This document shows, one piece after another, positions 63,764-64,000 of a DNA stretch of 64,000 bases (position 1 is its first letter; each line of letters opens with the position of its first letter). The notes below the pieces were generated by a model. The model saw only the letters and a program-made list of their open reading frames with translations, searched no databases and was not told where the DNA came from. Origin of the DNA: Felis catus (lineage: Eukaryota); NCBI RefSeq assembly GCF_018350175.1, contig NC_058368.1, positions 40,550,001 through 40,614,000 of the forward strand, in the 5' to 3' direction. The position numbers and the translations under genes are program-made.

Positions 63764-63983
63764 GGGGTGCCTGGCTGGCTCAGTCAGTTTAAGTGTCCAA
63801 CTTTGGCTCAGGTCATGATCTCAAGGATCGTGGGTTTGAGCCCCGAGTCAGGCTCTGTGCTAACAGTTCAGAGCCTGGATACTGCTTTGGATTCTGTGTC
63901 TCCCTCTCTCTCTGTCCCTCCCCTGCTCATATTCTGTGTGTCTCTCTCAAAAATAAATAAAAAATAAAAAATTTCTAAAAAAA
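63764..63983 (+). mobile_element. CanSINE
   Basis: SINE body with TSD GAACA(G/A)TTTAGT at 63752-63763 and 63984-63995. Confidence 0.92.
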
Positions 63984-64000
63984 GAACAATTTAGTAACAT

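Noticed and set aside
3468..63967. Many 60-100 aa ORFs such as MAQSVKRLTSAQV..., ...LTAQSLEPASDSVSPSLS and ERERER runs
   Set aside because: They are translations of CanSINE bodies and microsatellites, not genes.
3499..63983. tRNA-like A/B boxes as tRNA genes
   Set aside because: They are the tRNA-derived heads of SINEs, followed by CT tracts, A-tails and TSDs.
1..64000. A novel multi-gene system (operon, defence island, CRISPR, retron)
   Set aside because: The sequence is mammalian repeat-rich DNA. The only reverse transcriptase and endonuclease are canonical L1 ORF2 domains, and there is no repeat-spacer array.

Overview
This is AT-rich mammalian (eukaryotic) DNA from a gene desert or large intron, almost certainly from a felid, judged by CanSINE/SINEC_Fc-type tRNA-derived SINEs and cat-type LINE-1. 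I found no host protein-coding exon, RNA gene, CRISPR array or prokaryote-type system. Main contents: (1) a full-length ~5.9 kb young L1 on the minus strand (24450-30389) with a perfect 15-bp target-site duplication (TSD), a CpG-rich 5'UTR, an intact 297-aa ORF1 and an ORF2 broken by three 1-nt deletions; (2) a 5'-truncated young L1 nested in an older L1 3' end (7976-10641); (3) an RPS24 processed pseudogene inserted in an old L1 and itself split at its stop codon by a SINE; (4) about 20 CanSINEs, several solo LTRs, MLT/MIR/L1M relics, a MER63-like DNA transposon and many microsatellites. The most interesting observations concern retrotransposon mechanics and candidate antisense/upstream ORFs in the L1 5'UTR. 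I cannot support a genuinely new biological system. Repeat family names come from recalled consensus sequences and need RepeatMasker/Dfam confirmation.
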